Source: Chrysomallon squamiferum
Lineage: Eukaryota > Animalia > Mollusca
Length of the DNA stretch: 64,000 bases
Direction of reading: 5' to 3'
Assembly (NCBI GenBank): GCA_012295275.1
Contig: CM022665.1
Coordinates: forward strand, 47,182,001 to 47,246,000
Below the pieces are notes generated by a model, which saw only the letters and a list, made by a program, of their open reading frames with translations, was not told where the DNA came from and did not search any database. Every line of letters starts with the position of its first letter. The stretch's first letter is position 1. The position numbers and the translations under genes are program-made. Below, one piece after another: positions 25,189 to 40,809 of this stretch.

Positions 25189-26747
25189 AAAATTTAACTC
25201 AAATTAAACAGTCAGCAGAGGAATAATGTTAAACGACATTTGATAACAAATTTGAAAGTTCATCAGATTTGAGTAGAACGTTCAAAGCTGATATCCTCAC
25301 ATTGCTTTATCATGCTATCATATTACGTCTGTATTTCAAATACGTCACAGCAACGTTGTAGCTACGTGTTTACAATACGGATACAATGCCGTGATTAGGA
25401 GAATAAAAACCTGTCTTTAATGATTATTTGTCGAAGTGGTGTGTATCGTGAGAAGTGTCTTAGAAGTTTTACACAGGATCTGCTTAACCATAATTTTATT
25501 GTCAAACGTGGAAAATCACCCCGAGGAAAATAAGAATCTCTGCTAAAGACATGCTGACAGTCAGACACACAGACATACTGAAAGACAAACAGACTCTGGT
25601 ACATTTTACTAATCTCTCAGAAAGTGTGTAGAAAATAAATATAGTAAAATACAATAGCGGGGGAAAAAAAATAAAAATAAAATAAAAATGATGACAAGCC
25701 CACAATTTCCATGTTTAGCTAAATGTAAAGAACCAAAGAGTAATTATTAAAATGTCATGATTTAAATATAAACTGAAAAGTATACTGATCGCATGAAAAC
25801 CATTTACGTCTTTTTAAAACACAGTAATAGATTTTATTGCTGTACATTAAATGCACATTTGAAAATAAACTGACACGAAAAAAAATGCAGGAAGCAAAAA
25901 TAATTAAACCTACAACAGACATTTAAAAAATATGATTTATTACACAGCAGTATGTATGATACGAAACAAAACAAAAAATAAAATAATAAAATAAAATAAA
26001 ATTTCTGTTGCATGAAAGAAAGAAAAAAGATAAGAAGGTAAGAAAAAAGAAAAATAAATGAACAGAAGAAAGAATTAAAATAAATGAAAGCCCGAATCAT
26101 TCGAAGGAAGACTAAATGAATGAAAGAAAGATAGGATGAATGAAAAAAGAATGGAAAAAATAGATGGATGAATGAAATGAATGAAAAGAAAAAAGTAAAA
26201 ATTACTTTAATAAAAAAAAAAATTACTTAAAGAAAGAAAGAACGAATTAAACGAAAACCAAAAGGATGAATGAAAGAAAGAAACAGACGAATTAAAGAAA
26301 AAATTATGAATAAAGAACAAAAAAAAAAAAAAAAAAATCCATGAATCCATCAATGAATATGAAAAATATTTACGCTGCTCAGATCATGAGAAAACAACTC
26401 TGCATGCGGATAATTTTATTTTTATTATACACAAGCGACTTCCGCCTGTCACTCACTGACTGATTCTCGCCATTTTTGTTTTTGTAGACTGTCTCTCGAT
26501 CTGACCTTAAAGCTGACATCCGGGGGCAAATGTGGTGACCCTTAAAAAGGGGTCAGCTTCTTTCTGAAAACATGAAGTGGGCAGCCAGTGTCCAGTGTCC
26601 AGGTATATGATTAACAAACATAATAATAAAAGAACGATAAGAAAATTTGTGGACGATTATTTTTTCTGAAAGAAAAGAACTCTGGCTGCGACCTTCAATT
26701 ACTCCATGGTAAACTTGATTTTTATCTTTTTCTTTTACAACCACCAC

Positions 26748-26780
<33 letters not shown>

Positions 26781-26803
26781 TATCATTAGTTTCATTAGTT
26801 TTA

Positions 26804-26871
<68 letters not shown>

Positions 26872-26902
26872 GTTATTATTATTATCATTATTGTTATCAT
26901 TA

Positions 26903-26939
<37 letters not shown>

Positions 26940-27378
26940 GATCGCTATTATTTTTATCATTAATAATATTATTATTGTAATTATTATTATTACTACTACT
27001 ACTGCTACTGCTACTACTACTACTACAACCACTGCTACTACAATTATTGTTATCATCGTTTTCGTCGTAGTTTACTTACTGGTATTACCGTATCATCATC
27101 ATTACTATTAACTTTCTTCTTCTTCTTCTTGTTTTATTCTTTTTTTGAGATCTGTAACATCTATAATCATCTGTATTTTGTTCTCAATATGTAAAAGAAC
27201 ATGGTAAGTGTTTTCTCGTATAAAGCAAACTGTAAGCAAAATATCCACACAGACAGCCAGTTATCAAAAACTAACAGCACGAGAAGAGTGTACGTGAAAA
27301 AATGCAATGCTGCTAGCTTAAACGTTCTTACAGATATCAGTTGAGAACTACTAAGTATGTCTAACCATATCTACCTAG

Positions 27379-27469
<91 letters not shown>

Positions 27470-27996
27470 GATATGTCTGTCTGTCCATATATTTATCTGC
27501 AAATATTTTATTCTTGACATTTATATTTAATGTAACAAATCAAGAAAACAGATATACCAGAAAAAAGAAACAAAGATGCTAATGAAGTGGCTAGCAGGTT
27601 AGATTGGGAAATAACCAAATGGATGTTCGTAGGAGATTTCGATCCTAAACAGTTATCGTGCTTCCAGGGAAATGACGGTAGCTGTTCTCTCTTGCCTTCT
27701 TACTGCAAGACGAAATTTGAAGATAAAAACTAAAAATTTATTTATTTAAAGTAAGAAAAAATAATAAAAAAATAAAAGAGAAAAAAGTTCCCATAACAAC
27801 AATCGTGAGAGAAGGAGCAGCGGTTGGTATGTGTGCTGGTAAATAAAACCTTCACCTTACGTACATAAACAAGTAGATCCGAGCAGAATTGTCCGCCCCT
27901 AGCTATACATTTCTCAGACGATACGTCGTTAGTTTAATTTCACGTTGTTGTCTTCAAACGAGCCGCCATGTTGTTCTGTAACCTAGTTACAAACAG

Positions 27997-28029
<33 letters not shown>

Positions 28030-30373
28030 GAAAAAAAAAAAGGGACTTGTCAACACTCACTCATTGTAAATACTTCTTCAGAAAACGTATCCAACGAGAC
28101 GTAATTAAATCGCAAACATTGTTATCTCCATATTTAATGAGCTATAATTTTCACCAGACAATAAATTGCTTTTCTGTTGTTGTTTTTTTTCAGATCAGTT
28201 ATAGGTCAGCTGTTGTAATTGCCGCTATGGAAAGGACGGAGGGACGGACGGGGCTGAACCGCGGACTATGATCAGTCAGCCTCGATCTGGATCAGTCAGC
28301 CTCGATCTGGTTGTCTTCGCGGTGTTTGTTTCCACGCGGCCGGACAGGGCTCTGTCGTTATGTTCTCGAGTTTCTAAATCTTTAATCGAATAAATCTGCC
28401 CCCTCGAAGGCTTCCTGGGCCTTGCCTTGCTTTCGTTCGCATGGAATTATGGGATATAGAATTAGAGTCCGAGCGATGAAATAATGAATCGGTTTGGTAG
28501 GAAGGTGGGTGGGTATTTCTCAAAGACTGGGATAAGAACGTGAAGTACATGATACTGAAAACAATGCTAAGCTCGGCTGAAAGGAAATATCCTATCCGAC
28601 GACTTTGCGTGTTTCCTCTCTCTCTCCTCCATTGTCTGTCTCTGTACGACATAATGTAACGTCAGGATCCACTGCTGTTGTCTCTGATACGTTGTCGTCG
28701 TTTCGTGTGTGCTGCCGTGTGTGTGTGTGTGTGTGTGTTTTACAATAAAGCCAGTTTAAAAATAGACCTCCTATTTTAAGTCAATTTATTAAAAAAGTAA
28801 ACCAAATGTGTAAAAATAATAAAAAATAAAGTACAATTATGTTAATAAAACATGCGAAAGCTAAAAAACACAGAAAAAAAATAAATAAAAGCTCAAATAA
28901 ATAAATAAATAAATAAATAAAATGTGTATTTGAACTTAACTGTGTCACAATTAGTTAATTTACTATGCCACCATTAAGCTGCTGCTACTACTACGGCTTC
29001 TTATGCTACTATAACTACTACAACCTCTGCTACTACTATCACTAATACTACTGTTACTACTGTATACACTATTACTGCTACCATTACTACTAGTACTACT
29101 GCTACTGCTACTGCTATACACACATACATACATACTTACTTACATACATACATACATACATTCAACACACACAGACACACACACATATCTCATGGTTTAA
29201 AACTGCTTCCGAATTTCCCCTTGGAAACAAACTGACCTATGTAACAGTTACATTCTCAGCTACAACAGCTTTTAAAAAACATTACAAAATAAATGTATTT
29301 TTGTCCATCCGTCCTTTTCTAGAAGCAACCAGAAGATAAAAAACAAAACAAAAACAACACCTGAATAAATCACAATTTAATTATTTTATTATTAATTATT
29401 TGACGAAATGATAAAGTTAAAATGAATCTGAATAGTGCTTTACATACCTAACATTTTTTTTATTTTTTTTTATTTTTTAATAATTGATTTGAAAGAGGAA
29501 ACACGGTTAATGAAGAAAACTGTAGAACGATCAGGGACAGAAATTTTTTATTATTATTATTATTATTTATTATTAATACATATGTATTATTATAGAGAGA
29601 AAAAAAAAAAGACAAACACACACAAAAAGCTCTCACTATTTAATTGGAACTCAAAAAAACAGTATCACTAAAACAAATGTGCACAAAATTCCAGCAGAAA
29701 TGATGTAAACAAGAAGCAAAAAGATTTCCGTCTCGTCTGTTTTATTGTAACTGTTTCTAAAAATAGACCGCGCACTCGGATATCACATTCGCCATTATCG
29801 ATCCGATGACGTCATGAACCGAGCGAGATCTGTAATTACGACGTAAGTTCGCGTGTCTCGCGGAACACACAGAAGAAAGAACGATTGCTAAATTACCTTC
29901 CATTTAATTTCGTCTGATTTATGATGGCGAGGCTAGGTGGGCGTGGCCAGACTAACCCACAAGTTAATTACTGCGGAACCCGTGAACTGGTTTCAAGGGT
30001 GAGCCCTATTGTTCCCGAATGGAGGAAATAATCCTTTAAATCGCTGTTGACAATAATGAAGTTTATTAACTTGACTTTTATGACTGATGTGAATTAAGAA
30101 ATATCTGACAAAAGTAATTGTATGCTTGAGTTTAATGGCTAATTTAATTTTTTTTTTTTTTTTCATTATTGTCTGGAAGAATTTTATTATCTAAATAATA
30201 ATAATAATAATATTAATAACAATAGCGATGATGATTAGAAAATTGAAAGAAAATGCTTTATGTGGAAATGAATAAGAAGATAATATAAGAAAATTATTAT
30301 TGCAAATTTATAACATCTATCTATCTATCTATCTATCAATCTATCTATCTATCTATCTATCTATATATCTATC

Positions 30374-30406
<33 letters not shown>

Positions 30407-30656
30407 AATAATTTATTGTAAATTTATATATATATATATATATATAAATTTACAATAATAATTTTATATAAATAAATAAATTTTACTTAATTGCTGTCTT
30501 CATTGTCGTTACTATTTTTATTGTTATTATTATGATTATTAATATTTTACTACTATTACTGTTATTACTACTGATACTAGTATTGTCATCATTATATTAT
30601 TATTATTATTATTACTATTATTATTATTTTCAGTATCATTATTATTGTTGTTGTTG

Positions 30657-30696
<40 letters not shown>

Positions 30697-30962
30697 AATA
30701 TTCCTTGCACAGAACTTGAAGCATGCACGTGTTTTGAAAAGAACAGAACCAGCAGTTGAAACGTTGTAGACGTGCACGTGAACTATACAAAAATAATGTT
30801 CTTGTTGTTTTCTTTTTCAGCTTCAAGATGTCGCCAGTGCACGTGCACCTAACGTCTGATTCATTTTAAGAATATCTTAATAGAAACATTTTTTTGCTTT
30901 ACAAAATAGTAATGAATGCATTTGTGATGCGTTCAGACCAGCATGTTATGTATATGAATAGT

Positions 30963-31039
<77 letters not shown>

Positions 31040-31081
31040 ATTATTTTTTAAAGTTAGAAAATACGCAAATACGTAAATACG

Positions 31082-31117
<36 letters not shown>

Positions 31118-32367
31118 TGTTGGTATTCACTCACACTGAAGTCACATTACCAGTACCACGATTCAGCTGTCAATGTAATTACGTCATACATCACACGTCA
31201 TGTTATTGTGTTGAACAAGAACTGTTTAAACTAATACTGATTTACTGACGTCACTTACCGTTAGTTTTCGTTAATTACGTCACACGTAACTGACACTTTG
31301 TTATTTACGGTATTCGGCTCGCTACGATATTTGATCACTTTCGGATTTTTGAGGGGTTTTTCGATTGTTGTAGCAAAACAAATAAAATAAAAACGAACGT
31401 AGACTTAATAGAATTTTTTGTTTGTTTGTTTGTTTTTGTTGTTCCGGCTTTTTCAGTGAGAAAGTGTCAGTGTTAACGAGTGAAGTCAGTAAATTAGACG
31501 TGTTTCAAAGAGTCGACAGAATTCGTCTTCTGGCAGGAAAGGTTTACGACGCACAGCGCGGCGGACAAAAAGGGAAGTAACTGTTTCGTCAAGTGGCGTT
31601 TATTGCAGGGCTGATTGTTGATAAAAGCAAAACAAAACAGCACTTGATTGAGCAAATATACTGTAGTAAGTCGCACAAAGCGTCAGCCTGGGCGTAAAGA
31701 CACTTATAACGAAAACACTGAGACATGCTGGTTTAGGGCTGTCACGGTCAGAGGTCAAGCCTCGCTGTGAACCGGCTTTCAGACGTAGATTTTTTACACT
31801 GATCACACACTCGTGTTCCGCTTTTCCCAAGCTTGTGAATAAACGAACTTCCGCTTGTCAGTCCACGGTTCCCACTAATTTACGTCGTGAATGAAAGGGC
31901 GAAAAAAAAAAAAATCAAATGAAATAAAAGGAAAAAATTATAGTGACAAAACAATATAAAAAAAATAAAAATAAGAAAAGAATGGGAAAAAATTATCATG
32001 ACGAAAATGAAAAGAAATTTTTTGTTTGTTTTTGAAACCTCCTTCGATATTATTACTTCGATTATTTATTTAAAAAAAAAAAAAGTCTTTAGTGCTCTGT
32101 GAATTAAACGGGAAAAAATGAAAGGAAAATAATTATTACTTTCCTTTTCAATTGTTGTAATACGGTTAGTGTTTTCAAACATAATGCTTTTTGAGTGCGT
32201 TTGTATGTCTGTCTGTATGCGATGAGGACAGAACAAATAGAGGGTGGAATGATAGATGAAGGAAGAAACAAAGAATAAACGTGGCATCCCAAAGTGAGAC
32301 ATTAAAAAAGAAAAAGCTTGAGACAGAGAGATAAGGAGATAGTATGAAACGAGTGTGTGAAAAAGTA

Positions 32368-32464
<97 letters not shown>

Positions 32465-32863
32465 CTCGGACAGTAATACAAAAAATAAGAAAAACAAGAG
32501 GGATGGAGGTTGAGGAGGTGTTCTAACTTCAGGTCCGCACACACAGACACAGACACACATACAGACATACACACATTCTGACACATGCGCACACAGACAT
32601 ACACATATACACACACGCACACACACACACACACACACACACGCACGCACACACTCCCACAGAGTTAGAGGCTTGTTCTCTCACATGTATAAAACATTAT
32701 TGTTACTCTAGAAAAGAAACCCTCTAAACACCCTAAAACTGAGAAATGTATTAGTAAATAAATTTCTTCTTCTTCTTCAGTATACTGTTTTCGCTAATGA
32801 ATTTAATTTAGAAAGAATACACTAACAGACAAACAAAACAACACGAAAAAAACCCATTTGATA

Positions 32864-32902
<39 letters not shown>

Positions 32903-33931
32903 GTAATTAAATAAACAGGCAAACAATCAAAAAAGAAACAAACAAGCAAATAAATAATAAATAAGAAGTAAATAAACAAACAAATAAACAGAAGAACAAA
33001 TAATTAATAAAATCAAATAAATAAATAAATAAGTCAGTAAATAAACAAACAAATAAACAGAAAAACAAATAATTTAATAAAATCAAATAAATAAATAAAT
33101 AAGTCAGTAAATAAACAAACAAACAAACAAACAAATAAATAAACAAACAAACAAACAAACAAACAAACAAACAAAACGGGAAAGTAATACTCGTGTAAAT
33201 GCACTGACAAAAGTACAAGAAGGTCGGGATAACAGGAAATGAGTTTCTTTCTTTCTTTTTTCTTTTTTTCCCTTTTATTTTATTATTATTATTATTATTT
33301 TAACCCTGAAATTTCTCATTGTAGACACATTTGTAAAGAAACTTGAACAGATATACATAGAGGAGCGAGAGGAAGTACTTCTCTTGTACCTGTCAACAGA
33401 TACTTCGATAGGTAAAATATACGTAGGAAGTACACCTTGTTATTAGTGAGGCTTTGAGAAAGAAAAAAAAAAAAAAAAAAAAAAGAAAAAAGGGGGTTGG
33501 CTAAACGCCGGAACAAAAAAAAAAAAAAAAAATTTGACCGCGATTCGACCCTAACGTTATGAAAGGGCTAAAGTAAGATGGGTGATGATGGTGGGGGGGG
33601 GTGTTTCGGCCACTGACCATCCATCCGTCCACCCACGCCTCTGTCTTCTCACGGTCAGTGTTGATGACAACGTGGGAGATTCCCACAAAAGACTCGGGTG
33701 TGTCGGTCACGTGGTACAGCCGGATTGAAAAGCGTTTTTAGATAATGCCCCCTAAATTTTTCATTCTTTTCACATTCAAAATGGCGGCTGCTCTCTCCCA
33801 TGACTCTTCAGTGTTTTCGTGAATGAATGAATGAATGAATGAATGAATGAATGAATACTGATTTTGAAGACATCTGGATGTTAGTAGTAACTGAAGTTTA
33901 AAAAGCAAAAATATAGTGGTTTTATTATTAT

Positions 33932-33980
<49 letters not shown>

Positions 33981-36662
33981 TATTTGATGTTGTTGTTATT
34001 CTTCTTCTTCTTCTTCTTCTTCTTCTTCTTCTTTTTCTTTTATTATTATTATTATTGTTGTTGTTGTTGTTCTTGATGATGCTGTTGTTATTTTGTTCTC
34101 TGTACTTGCTAATCATTCCATTATTAATTATTTCCATTGTTAATAAAATTAGGATCTATTTTTAATTCCTAAAAATAACCAAACATAGAAAATGTACAGT
34201 GAAATAGTAGTTATAAAATAAAATAAAATATTATAATCATTATTAACCTAAACTGAGTTTCATTTATGATCTGTGTATTTTACTATTTCAGTTCGTCAAT
34301 AACGTATAGACTACAAATATGACAGTGACAAAAACAAACAAATCACTACTGAACTAGCTATCACTAGTAGTAGTAGTAGTAGTGGTAGTAGTAGAACTAC
34401 TAGCAATAAAAGTAATAGTAGCAGTTGTCGTAGTAGTAGCAGTAATTATTATTTGTAGTAATAGTAGTAATAATAGTAGTGGTAATAATAGTAATGGTTG
34501 TAGTAGTAGTAGTAGTAGTAGTAATAATAGTAATTGTTGTAGTTGTATTAGTATTAAAAGTAGTAGTAACAATAGTAGTAGTAGTAGTAATAGTAGTAGT
34601 AGTAATAGTAGTGATGTAGTGCTAATAGTAGAAGTAGTAGTAGTAGCAGTAGCAGTAGTAGTACTAGTAATAGTAGCAGTAGTAATAGTAGTAATAGTAA
34701 TAATAGCAGTTATAATAATATAGTAATAATAAAATAGCTGTAGTAGCAGTGGGAGTAACAGTAGTAGTAGTAGTAGAAATAATGACGTGTAGCTATCTTT
34801 TTTAGTCGGAGTATTAGTAATAGCAGTAGTAATAGTAGTAATAGTAATAGCAGTAGTAGTAATAGTTATATTTAACGTCAAATTAAAAACTATTTCTTCA
34901 CAGACAAATCTGTTTCAAAGCTGCCTATGGAAACCATCTTTACAAATGGCGGGGTACGCAATCACGTGCCTGATTAACTTTCGTCATACTGTTCACGGGT
35001 GACGTCACACAGAAGCACTCACGAGCGCGGTGAGATAAAAAAAAAGATGAGTCGGATGATTTTAAATTAAATCGAGTGTTGCAAACAGGACATTGTCCTT
35101 GTCTCGTTAAAACCTTCGGCCGCGGTATTTCCAATACACAGCGGATTAGCGAGTTCTTTTTTTTTATTTGTCCTGCGAAACCAGCAACAGTACCATTTCT
35201 ACAAATGTCCACTGAACACCGTCAAGTGCCGCTGCATTGAGACAGGCCCCGCTAAACAGCGGAACGCGCCGATCTCATCCAGAGAAGAAGACTCCTAATC
35301 GGATCTGGACGAATCGCCTTTTGTTGGGTGACTACTGGAGACGTGGTCCGTGTTGTCTGGCCCCGGGGTGGGTGCGACCTGATTAACTCCGCAGTGGTGT
35401 GTGTGTGTCTCCCCCTATCCCCCTCCCCCTCCCCCTTCCCCGATGAACTAGATCTGCTCCTGTGATATGCGCGGTTCTTTTGTTCACAGCTCAGTCTTCT
35501 GTCGTTTTCGATTTTTCATTCAGAAATTATCTTTTTAAAAAAAAAGACAACAGAAAAAAGAAACAAGAAGCGATTTCCGTTATTTAAATTCGAAACGAAT
35601 TAAGTATATGCTAATCTGTGTATGAAAGGGTTACTCGGATTAAAACTAATCTGTGTATGAAAGGATTACTCGGATTATAGCTAATCTGTTTCTGAAACGC
35701 ACCGCACGCAGGTCATCAGAATAGGATTATTTCAAAGGTTTTGTTAAAAAAAATACTCAACAATTACTGAATAAAATAACTAAACTAATTTATTTTGGTT
35801 CGTTCGCGAAACTATTTGTGAGAAAACCGAGATTGTTTATCTGTTAATAAAGAAAAATAAATAGAACGAGACAACAAAACAAACACAAACAAAAAAACAA
35901 AAAAACGAAAACGAACAGAAGAAAAAGAAAGAAAGAAAATGAAATGTAGAACGAAAACAGCAGTAAAAAGAACACAATTGTTTAATTATATTTCAAGAGT
36001 GGTAATTATGGGTTAATGGACGCGTTAAACAAACACACAGACGTACGGACAAAGACTGGAAAGTGGAGTGTTGTGATAACTGATGAAGGGTTTTGTCAAA
36101 AAAAAAAAATTAAAAAAAAAACGCGGTATATCCACTGGCGTGGTTTTGCGAAAAATGAATAAAAAAATATAAACATGTTTTTATCTACCAGTAGCTGTGG
36201 TTTATATTATCCTTAACAAAACACAAAAAAAAAAAAAAATAAAAAAAATAAAAATAAAAAAATAAATAAAAAAATAAATTAAAAAATGAAAGAAAAAAAA
36301 AAGAAAATTAAAAAATGGAACAGGACCAAATTTGTCTACTTAAACTAATTTTTGTTAATTTTTTTTTTTTTTTTTTAAATTTTGGCGTTTATTATTATTT
36401 TATAATGAAATTCATTACACACACAGATTCTTGGTTTAGAAAAAAAACAACAACACAAAAACAAACAAACAAACAAATTCTTTACTGCGTAGGCTCACCA
36501 ATCGCCTAGAAATCCCATGTAACTCAATACACGTGTGTTTAGCCCAGTCATAAATTACACATCAGATCCGTATAGCACTGTATGACAACTTCATTCCGTA
36601 TGTTTTGTAATGCACAGATAAAGAAAAAAAAAAAAAAAAAAAGAGAGAAAAAAAAAAAAATG

Positions 36663-36696
<34 letters not shown>

Positions 36697-36934
36697 AAGT
36701 TGAAAAGAAAAAGAAAAAGAAAAATAAGTATGATGGTATAAGTAAAAGAGAGACAGGATTAAAGGTGTCGCTGTATCTGATGGATGTCACTTTTGGTTTA
36801 TGACTGGATTAAATTTCACAGTGACGTGTTTACTCGCTTCGCTCTTTAAAACTAATCAAAGAAGATTTCTTTAAATACAATTCCTCTCTCGTTTTTGTTA
36901 TCTCCTTTCCTCCCTCTTTCTCCATCTCTGTCTC

Positions 36935-36973
36935 TCTCGCTCTGTGTTTCTCTATCTATATGTATACACACAC

Positions 36974-37004
<31 letters not shown>

Positions 37005-37329
37005 ATTATATATATTATGTGGATGTGTAAATCTCTCTCTCTCTGTGTTTCTCTATATGTATACACAGACAAACACACACACATAATTACATATATATAG
37101 TATGTGGATGTGTAAATCTCTCTCTCTCTGTGTTTCTCTATATGTATACACAGACAAACATACACACATAATCACATATATATATATGTGGATACATAAA
37201 TACATACTCACTGTGTTTCTCTATATACTTACACAGACAAACACACACACATAATTACATATATATATTATGTGGATGTGTAAATCTCTCTCTCTCTATG
37301 TTTCTCTATATATATACACACACACAAAC

Positions 37330-37365
<36 letters not shown>

Positions 37366-37770
37366 TGTGAATGTGTAAATCTCTCTCTCTTCTCTCTTCT
37401 CTCTCTCTTTCTGTGTGCTTCTCTATCTATATATACACACATACATACATACATACATACATACACACACACACATATATACTTACACACATCACCACAC
37501 ACACATACAGTTATATATATTATGTGGATGTGTAAATCTCTCTCTCTATGTTTCTCTATATACACACACACATACACACACATAATTATATATATATATA
37601 TATATATGTATATAATTATATGAATGTGTAAATCTCTCTCTCTCTTCTCTCTCTCTTTCTGGGTGCTTCTCTATCTATATATACACACACATACATACAT
37701 ACATACACGCAAACACGCATAATTATATATATATTATGTGTATGTGGAAATGTCTCTCTCTCTGTTTCTC
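36935..37770. repeat. Compound higher-order repeat built from (CT)/(CA)/(TA) microsatellite blocks
   Basis: The anchor TATGTGGATGTGTAAATCTCTCTCTC recurs at about 37016, 37101, 37269, 37364, 37521 and 37618. Confidence 0.85.
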
Positions 37771-37800
37771 TGTCTCTCTCTGTCTCTCTCTCTCTCTGTT

Positions 37801-37867
<67 letters not shown>

Positions 37868-38997
37868 TCTAAGAAACACACACACACACACATACATAAC
37901 AACTAGAGCAATCTCTCCCACACACACACAAATAACTCAGTTTTAATTTCTGTTATTTATACTTCTGCAATCAAATTCTGACACTTCACACTCGTCTCGC
38001 TTGCGTCATCTATCGGAAGTCGGCCAACATTGGACCTCCTCGGTGGAAACTAAAATAGATTTAACGTCGTAATTCCCACTTGCACGACGCATATCAGACA
38101 TAACGTCTCTGTGATTGGCTTGCGTTCACGTATTGAGTTTCACTTGGTTAGCCGCAGCACAAAAGGTTAGACGAAAACCGGCGAACGCAACTCTTCAGCG
38201 ACGGCATTGTTATGACGACGTTTATCATGGCCACGTCGTTGACAGTTGGCGAGGCAGTGGCAGATGTCACCAACGTCGAGGGAACAGTTAAACGAGCGGG
38301 AAGTAGAGCTCATGATTGGAAATAGCATCAGTGAACGCGCAAACACCTGTTACAAATACTCTGATTTCATACACCGCCTGTCTGATCTTCTTTTTATCGT
38401 TATTCTCTTTTTCTTTCTGTCTGCATCTCTCTCCCTCTCTCTATCTAACTTCCTTTCTTTATTATCTTCTGTATATATCTCTCTCTTTGTTATTACTCTG
38501 TCTTTCTATCTTTCTTTCTGTACATATTTCTTTTTCGTTACTGTTTTTCTGTCTTTGTGTCTGTGTATATATTTCTTTTTATCGTAACTTTGTCTTTCTA
38601 TCTTTCTGTCTCTCTTTGTCGTTATTCTGTCGTTCTGTCTTTCTGTCTTTATCGTTACTGTGTCATTCTGTGATACACAAATAAGGGATGTGTGTGTGTG
38701 TGTGTGTTTGTATATCTATCTATCTATATCTATATATATATATACATGTAGATAGATAGATAGACAGACAGACAGACAACTTAATAATGTATATATTTAA
38801 TTTTGATTTGGACGACAGTAACTTGAATTAATGACTTCTGAGGTTAGATCGATGGTTGCATAATCCTTTGAGTGTCTGCAGTTTACTTAACTAACTGTAA
38901 AAACGAGTCAAGTTAAAAGCGTATCAGGACACAACACTGAGACCACAGTGTATTAAAACAGAAAGAAAAGAAAAGAAAAACAGGAGTAGTAGTAGTT

Positions 38998-39046
<49 letters not shown>

Positions 39047-39063
39047 AAGTAGTAGTAGTAGTA

Positions 39064-39103
<40 letters not shown>

Positions 39104-40477
39104 AAGAAGAAAAAGAAGAAGAAGAAGAAGAAGAAAACGAAGAAGAAGAAGAAGAAAACTAAGGAAGAAAACGAAAAAGAAGAGAAAAATTAAACATGAT
39201 GTGCAATTACTAAGCCTCACATTTCAAGCACTATTAAGAATAAAAGCGTCAATTTTATTTCGCGTTACGAATCTTCATAAAAAAATTAACAAAGACCTGC
39301 TTTCGTCTGACGGCGACGAAAACAAACTGAAAAGATATTTAAAATTAATAAAGCTTATTTTTACTTCACTGGCTCCGTTGTAATCGAACTCGGAATCTAA
39401 ACAAACCATTTTGTTGCACGAATACCCCGCACAGACAAACATCTCCCGCACAGGTGTACGGATGAATGGTTCCCCCCTCTATTGAAGAAACTCCCCCCTC
39501 CCTCCTCCCCCCAGGGACGTGCAAAGTGATGAACGCGTTGTTGTGAGATTCGTGTGATAATGTTGAGTCGTTCGAATTGACTGAGACCCAGGTGTACATT
39601 ACACTACATTATTGTAAGATAAGCGCAGTCTGTGAATCATTATGCAAAATATATGATATGCAAAAATATGAAAAGAACTAGAGATAAAAAAATAAAATAA
39701 AAAAAAATATATATATACTAACAAAACGAAAAAGATATATTTTAATAATAATAACAGAAAAAAAAAATAAAAAAATAAAAAATAAAAAGAAGAAGAAAGA
39801 GAGAGAGAGAGAAAAGATATAAAGATTTCCACAGCGGATAGCAAGTGGATGGGATGCTGCATTGAAACGCCATCTGTCACTGAAGTAATTCAAAACCCGC
39901 AAACCAAACATTATTTATGAGCGCGCGCGCGCATCCAGGCTATGTGTGACTTCGGCGAGAGTCCCACCCCACAGAAAACTCGACCCCCTCAGTGACGACA
40001 GAGCGAAGTGTGTCACTGACTCTTTTCACGCTCCAGTGAACACACGTTTTCTTCTTCTTTTATTATTATTTTCTTTTCTAAAGTCGTGTCTGTGTGACTG
40101 TTGATCTTATCTACGTATGTACGAGTGTATGTACAGTTAGTTTACCTCTTACAGCTAATAAACAATACGTTATCACGTGTTTATATATATATATATATAA
40201 CCTGCTTGTGATTACGTGTTTGTTGTTGTTGCTGCTGTATTTTTTCCATACTAGTAAAATCAAGTTTTTAGAATGATACGTGCTATACGTTGTGTGCTAC
40301 GTTATATTCGTCTGTATGTCAGTCTGTCTGTCTGATTAACCTCTATGTTTTGCGTGTGTTTGTATCCATATGTTATCAATTGCTTTATTAAATTATGAGT
40401 GTCGCTTTGCATTTCTGTTTCAGTACCTCATTTTTGTCCATGTAATTATCTGCATATAGACATATATGTACATAAAC

Positions 40478-40509
<32 letters not shown>

Positions 40510-40809
40510 GTAGGTAGGTAGGTAGGTAGGTAGGTAGATAGATAGATAGATAGATAGATAGGTAGATAGGTAGGTAGATAGATAGATAGATAGATTAGAC
40601 AGACATACTGAAAACAGACACACAAAGAGATATACAGACACAGAGAGATGGTGTTTCCCATTCCACATACAAATTGACAAACATTTTATGATTAATTTTA
40701 TTTAAGTTATGATTGAGTGCTAATGCCTGTGTGTATCTCTGTCTGTTTGTCTGTCTGTCTGTTACGTTGACCACTATTTACCAGAATAAGAGAAACTTTA
40801 AACTGGATT

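Noticed and set aside
28271-28310. Exact 20-bp tandem duplication ATCAGTCAGCCTCGATCTGG (also about 35-bp duplications at 35610-35690)
   Set aside because: These are ordinary local duplications with no evidence of function.
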